A stretch of DNA of 32,000 nt, taken from positions 2,010,001-2,042,000 of the forward strand of contig NC_006138.1 of assembly GCF_000025945.1 (NCBI RefSeq), given 5' to 3'. Below, piece after piece: positions 1 through 9,037 of this stretch. How positions within the stretch are numbered: the first letter of the stretch is position 1; each line of letters starts with the position of its first letter. This DNA is from Desulfotalea psychrophila LSv54. GTDB lineage: Bacteria; Desulfobacterota; Desulfobulbia; Desulfobulbales; Desulfocapsaceae. The position numbers and the translations under genes are program-made. Below the pieces are notes generated by a model. The model saw nothing but the letters and a program-made list of their open reading frames with translations. It was not told the DNA's origin and did not search any database.

Positions 1-662
1 TCCGTTCCCCCTCCGGTTTTGAGGACATCCTTGAAACGTATGAGCATGGGGAACCAACGCTCGCCTATCTGCTTGAAGTCTTTAAACTCTGTTTTTTTAA
101 GGAGTTTGCCGCTTTTTGCGTAGAGCTCTTCCCTGAGTGGTACGGAGAGTTCTTGGTCAACCCATATCAGACGTGAATGGTAGGCCACGTCACTTCTTTT
201 TGCCAGCAGGCTAAGCAACCAGCATGGGCGCTCGGCGATGATCTCCGTTCCTTTTACTTCTGCCTGGTAGATTTCGGACAGGCGCGGATTCTCCATCATA
301 TCTTCGTAGGAGAGGTCTGAACCCATCAGGGACTGTCTGAGCATATGGCCAGAAATTTGTATCGTCCTGTCGGTGGTTGGCGAATACATCCAGAGCCGAT
401 CCTCAAGCTTTAACATCTTTGTTCCCCGTTCCCGGGCGGGGGCGAGATATTCAGTATAGGAGCGCTTATCTCTCTGGGACCAGGATTTTGATTTCACCGT
501 TCGGGTACCACGTCTGCTATGGATGATCATCCTGGAGACGATAATCTGGGTATCGGAGGTCATGTTCTTATCCACCCTCTCCAGTACCTCCAGGCCACTT
601 GGCAGGGCCGCATATGAGCTTGTGCTGATAAAGAAAAGGGCAATAATGATAAATGTTTTCAT
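1..662 (-). CDS. LolA-like outer-membrane lipoprotein-sorting protein, partial (C-terminus beyond window edge)
   Basis: Not in the ORF track (open at the edge). Reverse-strand translation from ATG 662-660: MKTFIIIALFFISTSSYAALPSGLEVLERVDKNMTSDTQIIVSRMIIHSRRGTRTVKSKSWSQRDKRSYTEYLAPARERGTKMLKLEDRLWMYSPTTDRTIQISGHMLRQSLMGSDLSYEDMM... Signal peptide plus features typical of the outer membrane lipoprotein-sorting (LolA-like) family. Start overlaps the upstream permease stop (ATGA). Confidence 0.85.
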   Translation of the reverse strand, partial: MKTFIIIALFFISTSSYAALPSGLEVLERVDKNMTSDTQIIVSRMIIHSRRGTRTVKSKSWSQRDKRSYTEYLAPARERGTKMLKLEDRLWMYSPTTDRTIQISGHMLRQSLMGSDLSYEDMMENPRLSEIYQAEVKGTEIIAERPCWLLSLLAKRSDVAYHSRLIWVDQELSVPLREELYAKSGKLLKKTEFKDFKQIGERWFPMLIRFKDVLKTGGGT

Positions 663-1933
663 GTTTCCAACTCCTTAAACAGTTGGGCTGTCTGCCGCTT
701 GTAGATACCTATCCCGGATAGGGCTGCGCCCAGAAGGGTTGAGGCTATTCCGGGAATAAAACCGATATAGTAGGTGCGGTAGCTGATCTCTGCCCGGATG
801 ATATTTGATATCATCATGCTTGAATTCTTGGTCATGGAGCCAATATCCAGACCGTAGGCTTGAAAATACCAGGCTATCAGGAGGCCGAGTAGGGTGCCTA
901 TGATAGAGCCAATGACTCCGATAATCAGAGCTTCAATGATGATTGAAGCATAGACATGGTGTTTGTTTTCTCCGATTGCCAGCCGTAATCCCATCTCTCC
1001 ATAACGACGCAGGCCACCTATCAGCCCGACATTCCAGAGAACAATGGACATGGCCATGATAAAGACAGCCGAGGCAATGAGGGAGATGTAGTTGGCCAGA
1101 TCTAAGTATTCCCCCAGGCCATCCTGATTTCGCAGGGCAAACATGACCGGCGCATATTCATCATCACTGGTGGCGAAGCCCTCATTAAAGGTCTCTGCAA
1201 TCCGTAGGGCCTCTGAATCATGATAGATACCATCCCTGAAGTAACCGAGGAGCTCCCCCGCGGCATCATCCATATCCAGGGCATGCTGAATGTCAGCGAT
1301 ATCTACCAGCAAGGCCCCTCTGTCCATGGCATTGACCCCAAACTTAATGGTGCCGGCAATGACGAAGTTCTGCATGCTCATGCTGCCATACATGGTTGAG
1401 CTTAACAGGGTCACCGTCTCGCCCGGATGAGCCTTTAACTTCGTGGCAAATTTATCGCCGAGGAGTATTTCTCCTGGACTAAGTGGGAAGCGCCCGCGGA
1501 CAATTGCCTCCCTTATATTAAGGGTGGCAATTTCAGTACTCTCAGGGGAGAGGAGATCGACGGCAAGGCCCATGGCCGGCCCCTGACTACTTGTCTCCCC
1601 CCGGGCATCCGGCACATCCACCAGACCACCAAAACGAATGCGCTTAACCCAGTTTAATTCGCCTTGGCTGGCCCGCAGCTCTTGCAGAAGATTATCGGCT
1701 CCCAGCAGTGCCAGATCATTGGGTATTTGAGATTTGTTTTTTGCATAGGCCCGGCTCATGATTTTGACATGGCCGGTGGAAAATTTGGCGTTTGAGCGGG
1801 CAATGTCTCCCATCTCCCCCTGCATCCATGCCTGGAGAAAGACGGTGAGCATTACACCGATGCTGACGGTGATAATTGGAAACAAACTTCGTGAACGGTC
1901 ACGGAGCAGTCCCTTGAGGAGGAAGGGTATCAT
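659..1933 (-). CDS. ABC transporter permease, FtsX/MacB-like (LolC/E type)
   Basis: 424 aa; N-terminal TM helix, large periplasmic region and C-terminal TM helices (ASAVFIMAMSIVLWNVGLIGGLRRYGEMGLRLAIGENKHHV...), the typical FtsX-like topology. Confidence 0.88.
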   Translation of the reverse strand: MIPFLLKGLLRDRSRSLFPIITVSIGVMLTVFLQAWMQGEMGDIARSNAKFSTGHVKIMSRAYAKNKSQIPNDLALLGADNLLQELRASQGELNWVKRIRFGGLVDVPDARGETSSQGPAMGLAVDLLSPESTEIATLNIREAIVRGRFPLSPGEILLGDKFATKLKAHPGETVTLLSSTMYGSMSMQNFVIAGTIKFGVNAMDRGALLVDIADIQHALDMDDAAGELLGYFRDGIYHDSEALRIAETFNEGFATSDDEYAPVMFALRNQDGLGEYLDLANYISLIASAVFIMAMSIVLWNVGLIGGLRRYGEMGLRLAIGENKHHVYASIIIEALIIGVIGSIIGTLLGLLIAWYFQAYGLDIGSMTKNSSMMISNIIRAEISYRTYYIGFIPGIASTLLGAALSGIGIYKRQTAQLFKELET

Positions 1934-3093
1934 GGTAGTTTCCCCTTGATGGCATCGGTGGCGCTGAGATGGGAAATTTTGCGGGCTGGAATAAAGCTGA
2001 CGATGGTGACAATAACCATAACAATGAAAATGGTAGTAAAAATCAGGCTGGCACCGTAGATGGGAAAGATCCTGTCGCTGATGGCCAGTCCATAGCTATC
2101 TGTTATCTCCGGCATGGGAATTCCCCAAGTGGCCTGTATATAGAGTAGGGGGATGCCGTATATTGCGGCCACAAATATGGCAAGAATACCATGCATTGTG
2201 CCTTCCAGAGTGAAGAGGCGGATGATTGCTCCCCGTGGCATGCCAAGGGCGATGAGGGTGCCTATCTCCCTGCGCCGACGGAATATGGCTAGCACCTGGG
2301 TATCAAATATTGCCAGTAGGGCCAGAGAGAGGAGGATTGTATAGAGGATATAGCCGCTGATATTTTCCACCTGTAGTATGGCATTAAAGTCTTGGCTTAG
2401 AAATTCTCTGTCCCGAAAGATAAAGCCCTTTTGCGGACCATGGTCCTTTGTCTCCTGGTCCATGACAATGATACTTGCCTCTCCTGCTAGCTGCATCATA
2501 GCCTGGAGACGCTCCAATGGTAGCCACAGTTGCCCTTGGTCAATGGCCGGAACATTGGTCTTCATGATAGCCACCACCTTTCCCTCGGCGGCATCAAAAA
2601 CACCATGGGCATCACGCCAGCGAATGGTTACCGTGTCACCCTTTTGCAGGTTGGTACTTTCAGCCATCCGGGTACCGAGTAAAATTGGAATCTCTGGGGT
2701 CTGCAGTTGCAGGTCAGCGCTTGGCAAATGAAGAATCTCTTGTTTTGGTGTAATGCCCTTGAGCAGGCAGCTTTGCATCCGACCTTGGGGGTAGATGGTC
2801 GCCTGGACGATAAGGATGGGAGTCGCGTCCTTTGAGTCCTGTAATGCCCTTGGCACAGGGGCATGACTTTCCTCCAGAGAAAGAGGGTCATAGGGATCAT
2901 AGTTTTGCTGCCAGTACTGGCCGCCACCGATTTCCCAGTTGAGCATATCGCGGAGGGCCTGTTGCTTCCAACCATCCAGCAGGCCCTGTTGCCAGATGAT
3001 GATCACATAGACCATGGAGAGGACAATAGCATTGAGCCAGGTGCGTAGGCCTGCGCCGAGCAGATTGCGGTAGGCCAGCTTTAGAGAGAGCAT
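1930..3093 (-). CDS. ABC transporter permease, FtsX/MacB-like (LolC/E type)
   Basis: 387 aa; '[36 protein letters not shown]...' and 'IFRRRREIGTLIALGMPRGAIIRLFTLEG' characteristic of FtsX-like permeases; overlaps the next gene by 4 nt. Confidence 0.88.
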   Translation of the reverse strand: MLSLKLAYRNLLGAGLRTWLNAIVLSMVYVIIIWQQGLLDGWKQQALRDMLNWEIGGGQYWQQNYDPYDPLSLEESHAPVPRALQDSKDATPILIVQATIYPQGRMQSCLLKGITPKQEILHLPSADLQLQTPEIPILLGTRMAESTNLQKGDTVTIRWRDAHGVFDAAEGKVVAIMKTNVPAIDQGQLWLPLERLQAMMQLAGEASIIVMDQETKDHGPQKGFIFRDREFLSQDFNAILQVENISGYILYTILLSLALLAIFDTQVLAIFRRRREIGTLIALGMPRGAIIRLFTLEGTMHGILAIFVAAIYGIPLLYIQATWGIPMPEITDSYGLAISDRIFPIYGASLIFTTIFIVMVIVTIVSFIPARKISHLSATDAIKGKLP

Positions 3094-3836
3094 GGCATCT
3101 CTCCCCCATAATTTGTCTCCATTCGTGCTAGGTGAACAGGTCTTTCAATATATTCGTCTGCCACCACCCTGCCATCGTCGAGAGAAATTTTACGTCGAAG
3201 ATAGCCGATAACCTTCTCGTCGTGACTGGCAAAGATAAAGGTTGTATTGAATTCTCTGTTCAGCTTGACCATGGTCTGGAGAATGTGGTGGGAGTTTTTG
3301 GCATCCAGATTGGCGGTAGGTTCATCGGCCAGGACAATTTCCGGGGATTTGACCATGGCCCGGGCAATGGCTACTCGTTGGCTTTCGCCGCCGGAGAGCT
3401 GGGACGGACGAGATTGAGCCTTATCGGTTAAGCCAACTGCCTCCAGGGCCTGCAGAACCATTTTATTTCGTTCTCTGGCCGGTGTTTTTAGTAAGAGGAG
3501 AGGGAACTCGACATTTTCGAAAACCGTATAGACGGGCAGGAGGTTGTAGGTTTGGAAGATAAATCCCAGGCTCTTGTTTCGCAACTGCGATGCCTGGCTA
3601 TGGCTTAGTTCCTTGATGGAGTGGCCCAACACAGTAGCGCTTCCCTTGGTCGGTATATCCAGTGAACCGATAATATTGAGCAGTGTTGTTTTCCCCGAGC
3701 CACTGGGCCCGACTAGGCCGGTGAATTCGCCTCTGGTAAAGGAGAGGGTCACGTTACTCAGGGCGGTAAACTCTCTGTCGCCAATGGGGAATTTTTTTGT
3801 TAGGCCGTTGATGGTGATAATGTTAGAGTTATCCAT
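3081..3836 (-). CDS. ABC transporter ATP-binding protein, LolD/MacB family
   Basis: 251 aa; Walker [10 protein letters not shown], signature [14 protein letters not shown], Walker [14 protein letters not shown]-loop ASHDEK. Confidence 0.93.
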   Translation of the reverse strand: MDNSNIITINGLTKKFPIGDREFTALSNVTLSFTRGEFTGLVGPSGSGKTTLLNIIGSLDIPTKGSATVLGHSIKELSHSQASQLRNKSLGFIFQTYNLLPVYTVFENVEFPLLLLKTPARERNKMVLQALEAVGLTDKAQSRPSQLSGGESQRVAIARAMVKSPEIVLADEPTANLDAKNSHHILQTMVKLNREFNTTFIFASHDEKVIGYLRRKISLDDGRVVADEYIERPVHLARMETNYGGEMPCSL

Positions 3837-3860
3837 AATATCTTCCTTCTGCTACTTGTT

Positions 3861-5024
3861 TTAATGGTTAAATACTAACAGTATTTGCATTCCCTTGCCG
3901 GCGAAGCTGTTGTTTGTTGCCTGATCCTGCGAGGTCAGTGGTTGCTCGGGATTGGAGAAGAGACTCACGTTTAACTGCCATTCATCATAGGTTCGCTGCC
4001 AGGTGATAAATGGTGACCAATAACTTTCCTGCCAGTCATAGTAGTTAATGGCCACCAGGGTATCGAGGATACCAAGGGGGTAGGTAACTGACAGTGCTGA
4101 GATGGCCTGTCTTTTTTCGTTGCCGAAGGATTTCTTTGACCATCTCCCTTCAAGATGTTCGCCAAGGACATGTAGGCCGTTACCAAGGTCAAAGGTGTAG
4201 TCCATCCCCACGGTTAAAAGTCTCTGATAGGGCAGTTCCACTGCCTCCAGATCCTGACGAGTCAGGCTGGCTTCAAACCAGAGACCTGCGCCCAGATCCC
4301 ATTTTCCATCAAGTCCTAAACGATCTTCTGCAAAGATGGGGAGTGTCTGTCCTGTGGTCTGGGAGAAAAAATCTTTGCCATTTACCCATCTATGATCATA
4401 GGAGAGAGCTATTTCACCGGCGAGGAGAGTGAGCTGGGCTCGTCCGCCATATTCAACCCGCCTCTTCTCCGTGGGCATGGTCTCCCAGCCCTTCAGGTCA
4501 TGGTTGCCGTAGAGCAACCAGAGCCAGATATTGGCATTGTTAGGGAAATAGTATCTGCCCAGTAGGCCATAGACCCCATCGGTCAGCTGCTGAGGGTCGC
4601 GTGGATCAAGGGTGTCGAACCAGCGCAGGGGTCTGAGCAGGGTGGCCGAGCCGAAGCTGATTTTCTGCAGACCTGCGCGCAACTCGTATTGGTTGGCTGC
4701 AAAGCGCAACCAGAGGCGGTAGGGATCTAGGGTAGCATCCTCCTGACTGCCCCCGCCCAGATGCTTTGCCCACTGGGCATTGATCGCAGCCTCCGCACTG
4801 AGTTTATAGTTCTCTGTAAGTGCCTTCTGCCAGGAGAGTTCAGGGATGTATTGCATCCCGAATTGGCTACTATTCTCGCTCGCTATGAGCCAGGTCGATG
4901 CCTGACCGGAGAAATCAACTGTCCCGGCCTGGGCTATTTGGTTCCAGGCAAGGAGTAGGGTGCTGACCAGAAGCCAGCCAAGGGCTTTTCCTTTAAAAGG
5001 ATATCGTTGAAATAGGGTGGACAT
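3861..5024 (-). CDS. Putative outer-membrane beta-barrel protein linked to the ABC system
   Basis: Track ORF is 3861..5075, but a good signal peptide (MSTLFQRYPFKGKALGWLLVSTLLLAWNQIAQA) begins at ATG 5024-5022. The mature part is rich in alternating aromatic/polar strands (YELRAGLQKISFG, GEIALSYDHRWV, LSVTYPLGILDTLVAINYYDW, MQILLVFNH), consistent with a porin-like barrel. Confidence 0.7.
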   Translation of the reverse strand: MSTLFQRYPFKGKALGWLLVSTLLLAWNQIAQAGTVDFSGQASTWLIASENSSQFGMQYIPELSWQKALTENYKLSAEAAINAQWAKHLGGGSQEDATLDPYRLWLRFAANQYELRAGLQKISFGSATLLRPLRWFDTLDPRDPQQLTDGVYGLLGRYYFPNNANIWLWLLYGNHDLKGWETMPTEKRRVEYGGRAQLTLLAGEIALSYDHRWVNGKDFFSQTTGQTLPIFAEDRLGLDGKWDLGAGLWFEASLTRQDLEAVELPYQRLLTVGMDYTFDLGNGLHVLGEHLEGRWSKKSFGNEKRQAISALSVTYPLGILDTLVAINYYDWQESYWSPFITWQRTYDEWQLNVSLFSNPEQPLTSQDQATNNSFAGKGMQILLVFNH

Positions 5025-5277
5025 TGATTCACCTGTTGCATCTTGACGGAGATCATGGTGGCAGATCATCTCCAACCTTGCCGCGAATATTTTGAAGGGC
5101 TACTCTAAGCCTATCTTTTCTGAATTAATAGAACAAGTGCGACCCTGCTATGAGCTGGCAGAGAGGAGGAAAAAGAGGCGGGTGGAAGGATGAATCTGGT
5201 AGGTCGAGCCCGTCGGCTATTGATCACGTCGGGATAAGAAGCTGGTCTGGCCCTGTTCTCTCGCTGCCCTCTGCTCT

Positions 5278-6198
5278 TTATTTTGGCATCTGGTTTGAAT
5301 CAGCCATCACTGTTCCGTCAAATAGTTCAGGATATTTTTCTTTCATACAGGATGGGCAAATTCCATGGCTGAACTTTGCTTCGGAATGGTCTGAAATGAA
5401 CTTTTCCAGTTGATTCCAATAGCCCCGGTCGTCCCTGATCTCTTTGCAGTGCATGCAGATGGGGATTATTCCGCTCAGGCTCTTGACCTCAGCCAGAGCA
5501 TCTGTAAGTTCATTGACGGTTCTCAGTAGTTTTTTTCTGGAGAGTGTCAGCTCTGTTTCCAGGCGCTGACTGTTGAGCATGATCCAGCTAATGCCAATCC
5601 CAACCTCATAGATGGTGAGTTCTAAAAAATAGAGCTGATGGCTGCTTCCGGCGTTAAGAAGTCTCTCCTCTGGAGCGAGGAACCATGAGGCCGCACGGGT
5701 GATTATAAAGAGGGCGTCAATGAGATAGAGTGAGGCGATCGCTGTGTGTAGATTTTTGTTTTCCTTCGTTTTGCTTCTGTAAAATTGCCTACTGATCATG
5801 ATGGCAAATGCTGTTATGGGAATAGAGAAAAACAGGCTGCGTAGTACGATGTCATTTTTGCTGAGAGATAAATAGGCGAAGATAGGGAGCGCTATAAGAG
5901 GCAGGCAGTAGTAGCGTCGTTTAAGTCTCTGGTTATGGGTAAATTGTCGGGCAGCATCAAGACGGAGCACCGCGGTAAGAAAGAATAAGAAGTTCGGTAA
6001 AATGGAGCTGAGCCAAAGCGGTATCTGTCCCCGAAGTATCATGGGGATATAGGCAAGTGCTGCAAGGAAAATGGAGAGGAGGAGGGCCTCATAGCCGGAA
6101 TAGGTTTTATAGTTCAGTCTGTAAAAGAGCAGGGCGAAGGCCATAAAGAAGGCTATTCCCATATTGCAGACCATGAGTGTTTTTATATCTAAAGCCAT
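5278..6198 (-). CDS. Multi-TM membrane protein (7TM-like sensor) with coiled coil and C-terminal Cys (CxxC...CPxC) motif
   Basis: 306 aa; about 7 hydrophobic segments, then coiled coil (LNSQRLETELTLSRKKLLRTVNELTDALAEVKSL), then SGIIPICMHCKEIRDDRGYWNQLEKFISDHSEAKFSHGICPSCMKEKYPEL. Confidence 0.75.
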   Translation of the reverse strand: MALDIKTLMVCNMGIAFFMAFALLFYRLNYKTYSGYEALLLSIFLAALAYIPMILRGQIPLWLSSILPNFLFFLTAVLRLDAARQFTHNQRLKRRYYCLPLIALPIFAYLSLSKNDIVLRSLFFSIPITAFAIMISRQFYRSKTKENKNLHTAIASLYLIDALFIITRAASWFLAPEERLLNAGSSHQLYFLELTIYEVGIGISWIMLNSQRLETELTLSRKKLLRTVNELTDALAEVKSLSGIIPICMHCKEIRDDRGYWNQLEKFISDHSEAKFSHGICPSCMKEKYPELFDGTVMADSNQMPK

Positions 6199-6420
6199 CT
6201 CTGCACTCCGGCCTATTAATGTTTTGAGTGTGCCAGGGCGGCTGGTGCCTGTTTTACGGGCTGAGGGAGGGTAATCCGGATCCGTTGTCCTGCAGCATTT
6301 TCACTATGAATAAGTATATCTTTCTTATAGTCGGCAAAGGTTCTCTTGCCAAGAGATTAGGCGGGCTGTGGGCGGCTGAAAATTTAAATCAGCCGCTCTT
6401 GGCGGAAAAAAATTAAGGTC

Positions 6421-6891
6421 TCAACAAAGGGAAACTGCCCTCTTCGCATCTCCTTGGGGGGCTAAGAGAAGAGCTGCTGAGCATTTTTGCTCTGGAATCT
6501 CTTTGCAGTAGGGGGCATATTTTTTATCCATCTCTTGGATATGGATAATGAACCATTTGTGGATGAAACGATAAAATTTGGCCGCGCCTTTGGGAAAGTT
6601 GTTGCTTATGCCTCTTTGCAGTTTGAGCATTTCAGCTTTGAGTCGGCTGTGTTCTGCTATATGTTCTTCAAGATATGGATAGGCTACTGCCCTCATAGCC
6701 TGCTCTTCTCTGATAAAGTGTTGTTCGGTGTAGGAGATGATCTCTTTGCAGGCCTCTTCGGTAACATCTTTACCTGATCTATCTCGCAGGGTGAAGAACA
6801 TGAGGTCGATTAACTCAACAATCTGCTGATGTTCCCCGTCGAAGTGTTCAACCCCGGTATTGTATGTGTCCTGCCATTTGATAACAGCCAT
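6421..6891 (-). CDS. Bacteriohemerythrin
   Basis: 156 aa; 'W...YNTGVEHFDGEHQQIVELID', 'YTEQHFIREEQAMRAVAYPYLEEHIAEH', 'HIQEMDKKYAPY' reproduce the hemerythrin di-iron ligand pattern. Confidence 0.93.
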   Translation of the reverse strand: MAVIKWQDTYNTGVEHFDGEHQQIVELIDLMFFTLRDRSGKDVTEEACKEIISYTEQHFIREEQAMRAVAYPYLEEHIAEHSRLKAEMLKLQRGISNNFPKGAAKFYRFIHKWFIIHIQEMDKKYAPYCKEIPEQKCSAALLLAPQGDAKRAVSLC

Positions 6892-7204
6892 AGCTAACCC
6901 CTTATTTTGAAGAGAGCTCTATTCGCTCTTTCGGTGGTGAGGTCACCCCTTGAGTGCTGGCGCATGTTCTCTTAATAAAGAGGGGGACCGTCTTATCGTC
7001 GAAGTTTATCTTAGGATTGACTCTAAAGGCAAATTTAAAAACAATGGGAGGATAATTAGTTCTAGGACAGGATAATAATCTGAGCAGTGAGGTTAAAAGG
7101 ATCTCGTCTAATAGGTGCTGTTGCTGAGTCATTTATTGCATGAGACTTCAGGGCTTTAATGGTCTCTGCTCGGGTGCTGTGATCTGGCAGGAGGGCGGGG
7201 AAGA

Positions 7205-7220
7205 CCCGCCAGGTGGCGGG
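7205..7220 (-). terminator. GC-rich hairpin downstream of the EF-hand gene (possible terminator, no clear T-tract)
   Basis: cccgcc-aggt-ggcggg, about 35 nt 3' of the stop at 7255-7257; a third ggcggg arm at 7194-7199 allows an alternative pairing. Confidence 0.35.
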
Positions 7221-7254
7221 CCTTGCTTTTAAGGGGAATGGTCATGGCTAAGGC

Positions 7255-7827
7255 TCAGCCCTTGTCACTCTTCCACGAGTTCCACTCTTTTTTGCTTAAT
7301 TTGCCATCTTTATTTGCATCAGCTTCACGGATAATGCGCTCGGCATTTAATGGATAACTGGTTGTGATCTCTGAGCGCATAATGGTCTGGTCGCCATCCT
7401 TGTCTATTGCTACGAAGCCCTTGGCAAAGCGAACTCTCTCCATCTGATAGTATATTGCGGTTCTTTTTTTGCCACTTTCCAGATAGTAGATAGACATGGT
7501 CTGTGGGCTTGTGAATTGTCCTCTGGCAAAGCCTTCCATCTCTGCAAAGTAAAGACTGGTGCCATCGACACCGATAACGCCGGAGAAAGCTTCTTTGACA
7601 ACAGAGCTTTTTTTGCCGAACCAGAGTTTTTCTCCTGAAAAGAGGGGCCCTTCCTGCTTATTGATAACAAAGACAGCCTTTCCTGTCTTGGTCTCCCCTT
7701 TTGGATTCAGTTTTGTCGCCATACCACCCCATGTACCCCGTACCTCCGGGTAGTTGGTCGCAAAAACGGCAGAACCGAGAAAAAACTGACATAGAACAAT
7801 GATACCGATGATCTTTTTCATAGACAC
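7255..7827 (-). CDS. Exported EF-hand (calcium-binding-like) protein
   Basis: 190 aa; signal peptide MKKIIGIIVLCQFFLGSAVFA, and two C-terminal 12-residue EF-loop patterns DKDGDQTIMRSE and DANKDGKLSKKE. Confidence 0.75.
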   Translation of the reverse strand: MSMKKIIGIIVLCQFFLGSAVFATNYPEVRGTWGGMATKLNPKGETKTGKAVFVINKQEGPLFSGEKLWFGKKSSVVKEAFSGVIGVDGTSLYFAEMEGFARGQFTSPQTMSIYYLESGKKRTAIYYQMERVRFAKGFVAIDKDGDQTIMRSEITTSYPLNAERIIREADANKDGKLSKKEWNSWKSDKG

Positions 7828-8014
7828 TCTCCGTGGGTGATGGGGCGTTGTTTGCAGGAGGTACCAAGGGCTCTTACCTCCCCGTCGATTTCACTGGTGC
7901 AGACAGGGGTAAGTGTATCTGGGTTAAAGGTGCGAATGCAACATTTTACAATGAAATACTGAAGGTGGCCTATGATCTCTGGTCTTGAGGGAGTAATATT
8001 TTGGGCAGAAGCAA

Positions 8015-9034
8015 TCAGGGCAATGTTTCAGCTAACATTGGCAGGTCAATAGCTGAGCGCCAACAGTTTCTTCCTGCATTTTTGGCCGCATAGAGGCGGG
8101 CATCGGCCACGCTTAGGAGGGTATTCAACTCAATATCTGCCTTGGGGATAACAGAGGAGACGCCAAGGCTAATTGTCAGTAATCCCTGTGGCTTATTGCG
8201 GGGATGGCTCACCTGAAGCCCGAGGACCTCATTTCTCATTCTTTCAGCTACATGTTCAGCCCCCTTTAGATCAGTATCGGGAAGAATAACAACAAACTCT
8301 TCTCCACCATAACGGGCAACCCTGTCCACGTGTCTCTTGACCGATTTGCATAGAGCATTGGCCACGGCCTTGAGGGCATTATCCCCGACAAGATGGCCAA
8401 AGCTATCGTTATATGCCTTGAAATTATCAACATCAATTAACAAAAGAGAGAGCTCTGAACCCAGGCGAAGGCTTCGCTGTAACTCCTCCTGGTATATCTC
8501 ATCGAAATATCTCCTGTTTAACAGGCCGGTCAAGCCATCCCGGGTTGACAGGAGGGTGAGCTGTTCATTTGTCTCCTCCAACTGTTGCTGGAGCTCTTCA
8601 AGCTCACAGAGACGATTGTCAAGTTCGATAGATTTTTTTTCAAGTTCTTCCTTGTGTTGATATAATTCAAGGAAAACTCCAATCTTACCCTTGAGAATAA
8701 CGGGTTCCAGTGGTTTGAAAAGATAGTCCACAGCTCCTGAATCATAACCTTTGAATATTTGTGCCTTTTCTTTATGTTCGGCGGTCACAAATATTATGGG
8801 AATGTTTTTGGTGTTTTTGTTGCACCGCATAAGTTCAGCTACCTCGTAGCCATCCATCCCTGGCATCTGTACATCGAGGAGAACAAGGGCAAAATCATGG
8901 TCAAGGGTTGCAGCCAGGGCCGCATTCCCTGAGGTGGCCTTGACTAGTTCTATCTCTGCATTGTCGATAAGTGATTCCAGGACCAAGAGGTTTTCCGGCC
9001 TGTCATCAACTATAAGAATTTTTATCTGTGTCAT
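8015..9034 (-). CDS. Response regulator with GGDEF domain (REC-GGDEF diguanylate cyclase)
   Basis: 339 aa; REC domain (ILIVDDRPEN, LVLLDVQMPGMDGYE, FVTA, KPLEP), coiled-coil linker, GGDEF domain with intact GGEEF active site and RHVD in I-site position. Confidence 0.95.
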   Translation of the reverse strand: MTQIKILIVDDRPENLLVLESLIDNAEIELVKATSGNAALAATLDHDFALVLLDVQMPGMDGYEVAELMRCNKNTKNIPIIFVTAEHKEKAQIFKGYDSGAVDYLFKPLEPVILKGKIGVFLELYQHKEELEKKSIELDNRLCELEELQQQLEETNEQLTLLSTRDGLTGLLNRRYFDEIYQEELQRSLRLGSELSLLLIDVDNFKAYNDSFGHLVGDNALKAVANALCKSVKRHVDRVARYGGEEFVVILPDTDLKGAEHVAERMRNEVLGLQVSHPRNKPQGLLTISLGVSSVIPKADIELNTLLSVADARLYAAKNAGRNCWRSAIDLPMLAETLP

Positions 9035-9037
9035 TTT

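Noticed and set aside
5150-5413. 87-aa plus-strand ORF overlapping the 3' end of the 7TM-like gene
   Set aside because: Antisense to the conserved Cys-tail coding region and rich in Gly/Ser/Trp with no domain.
6228-6416. 62-aa plus-strand ORF in the intergenic region
   Set aside because: No recognisable features; isolated against surrounding minus-strand genes.
6902-7132. 76-aa minus-strand ORF between hemerythrin and the EF-hand gene
   Set aside because: Possible small gene but no signal peptide, domain or convincing start context; insufficient support.
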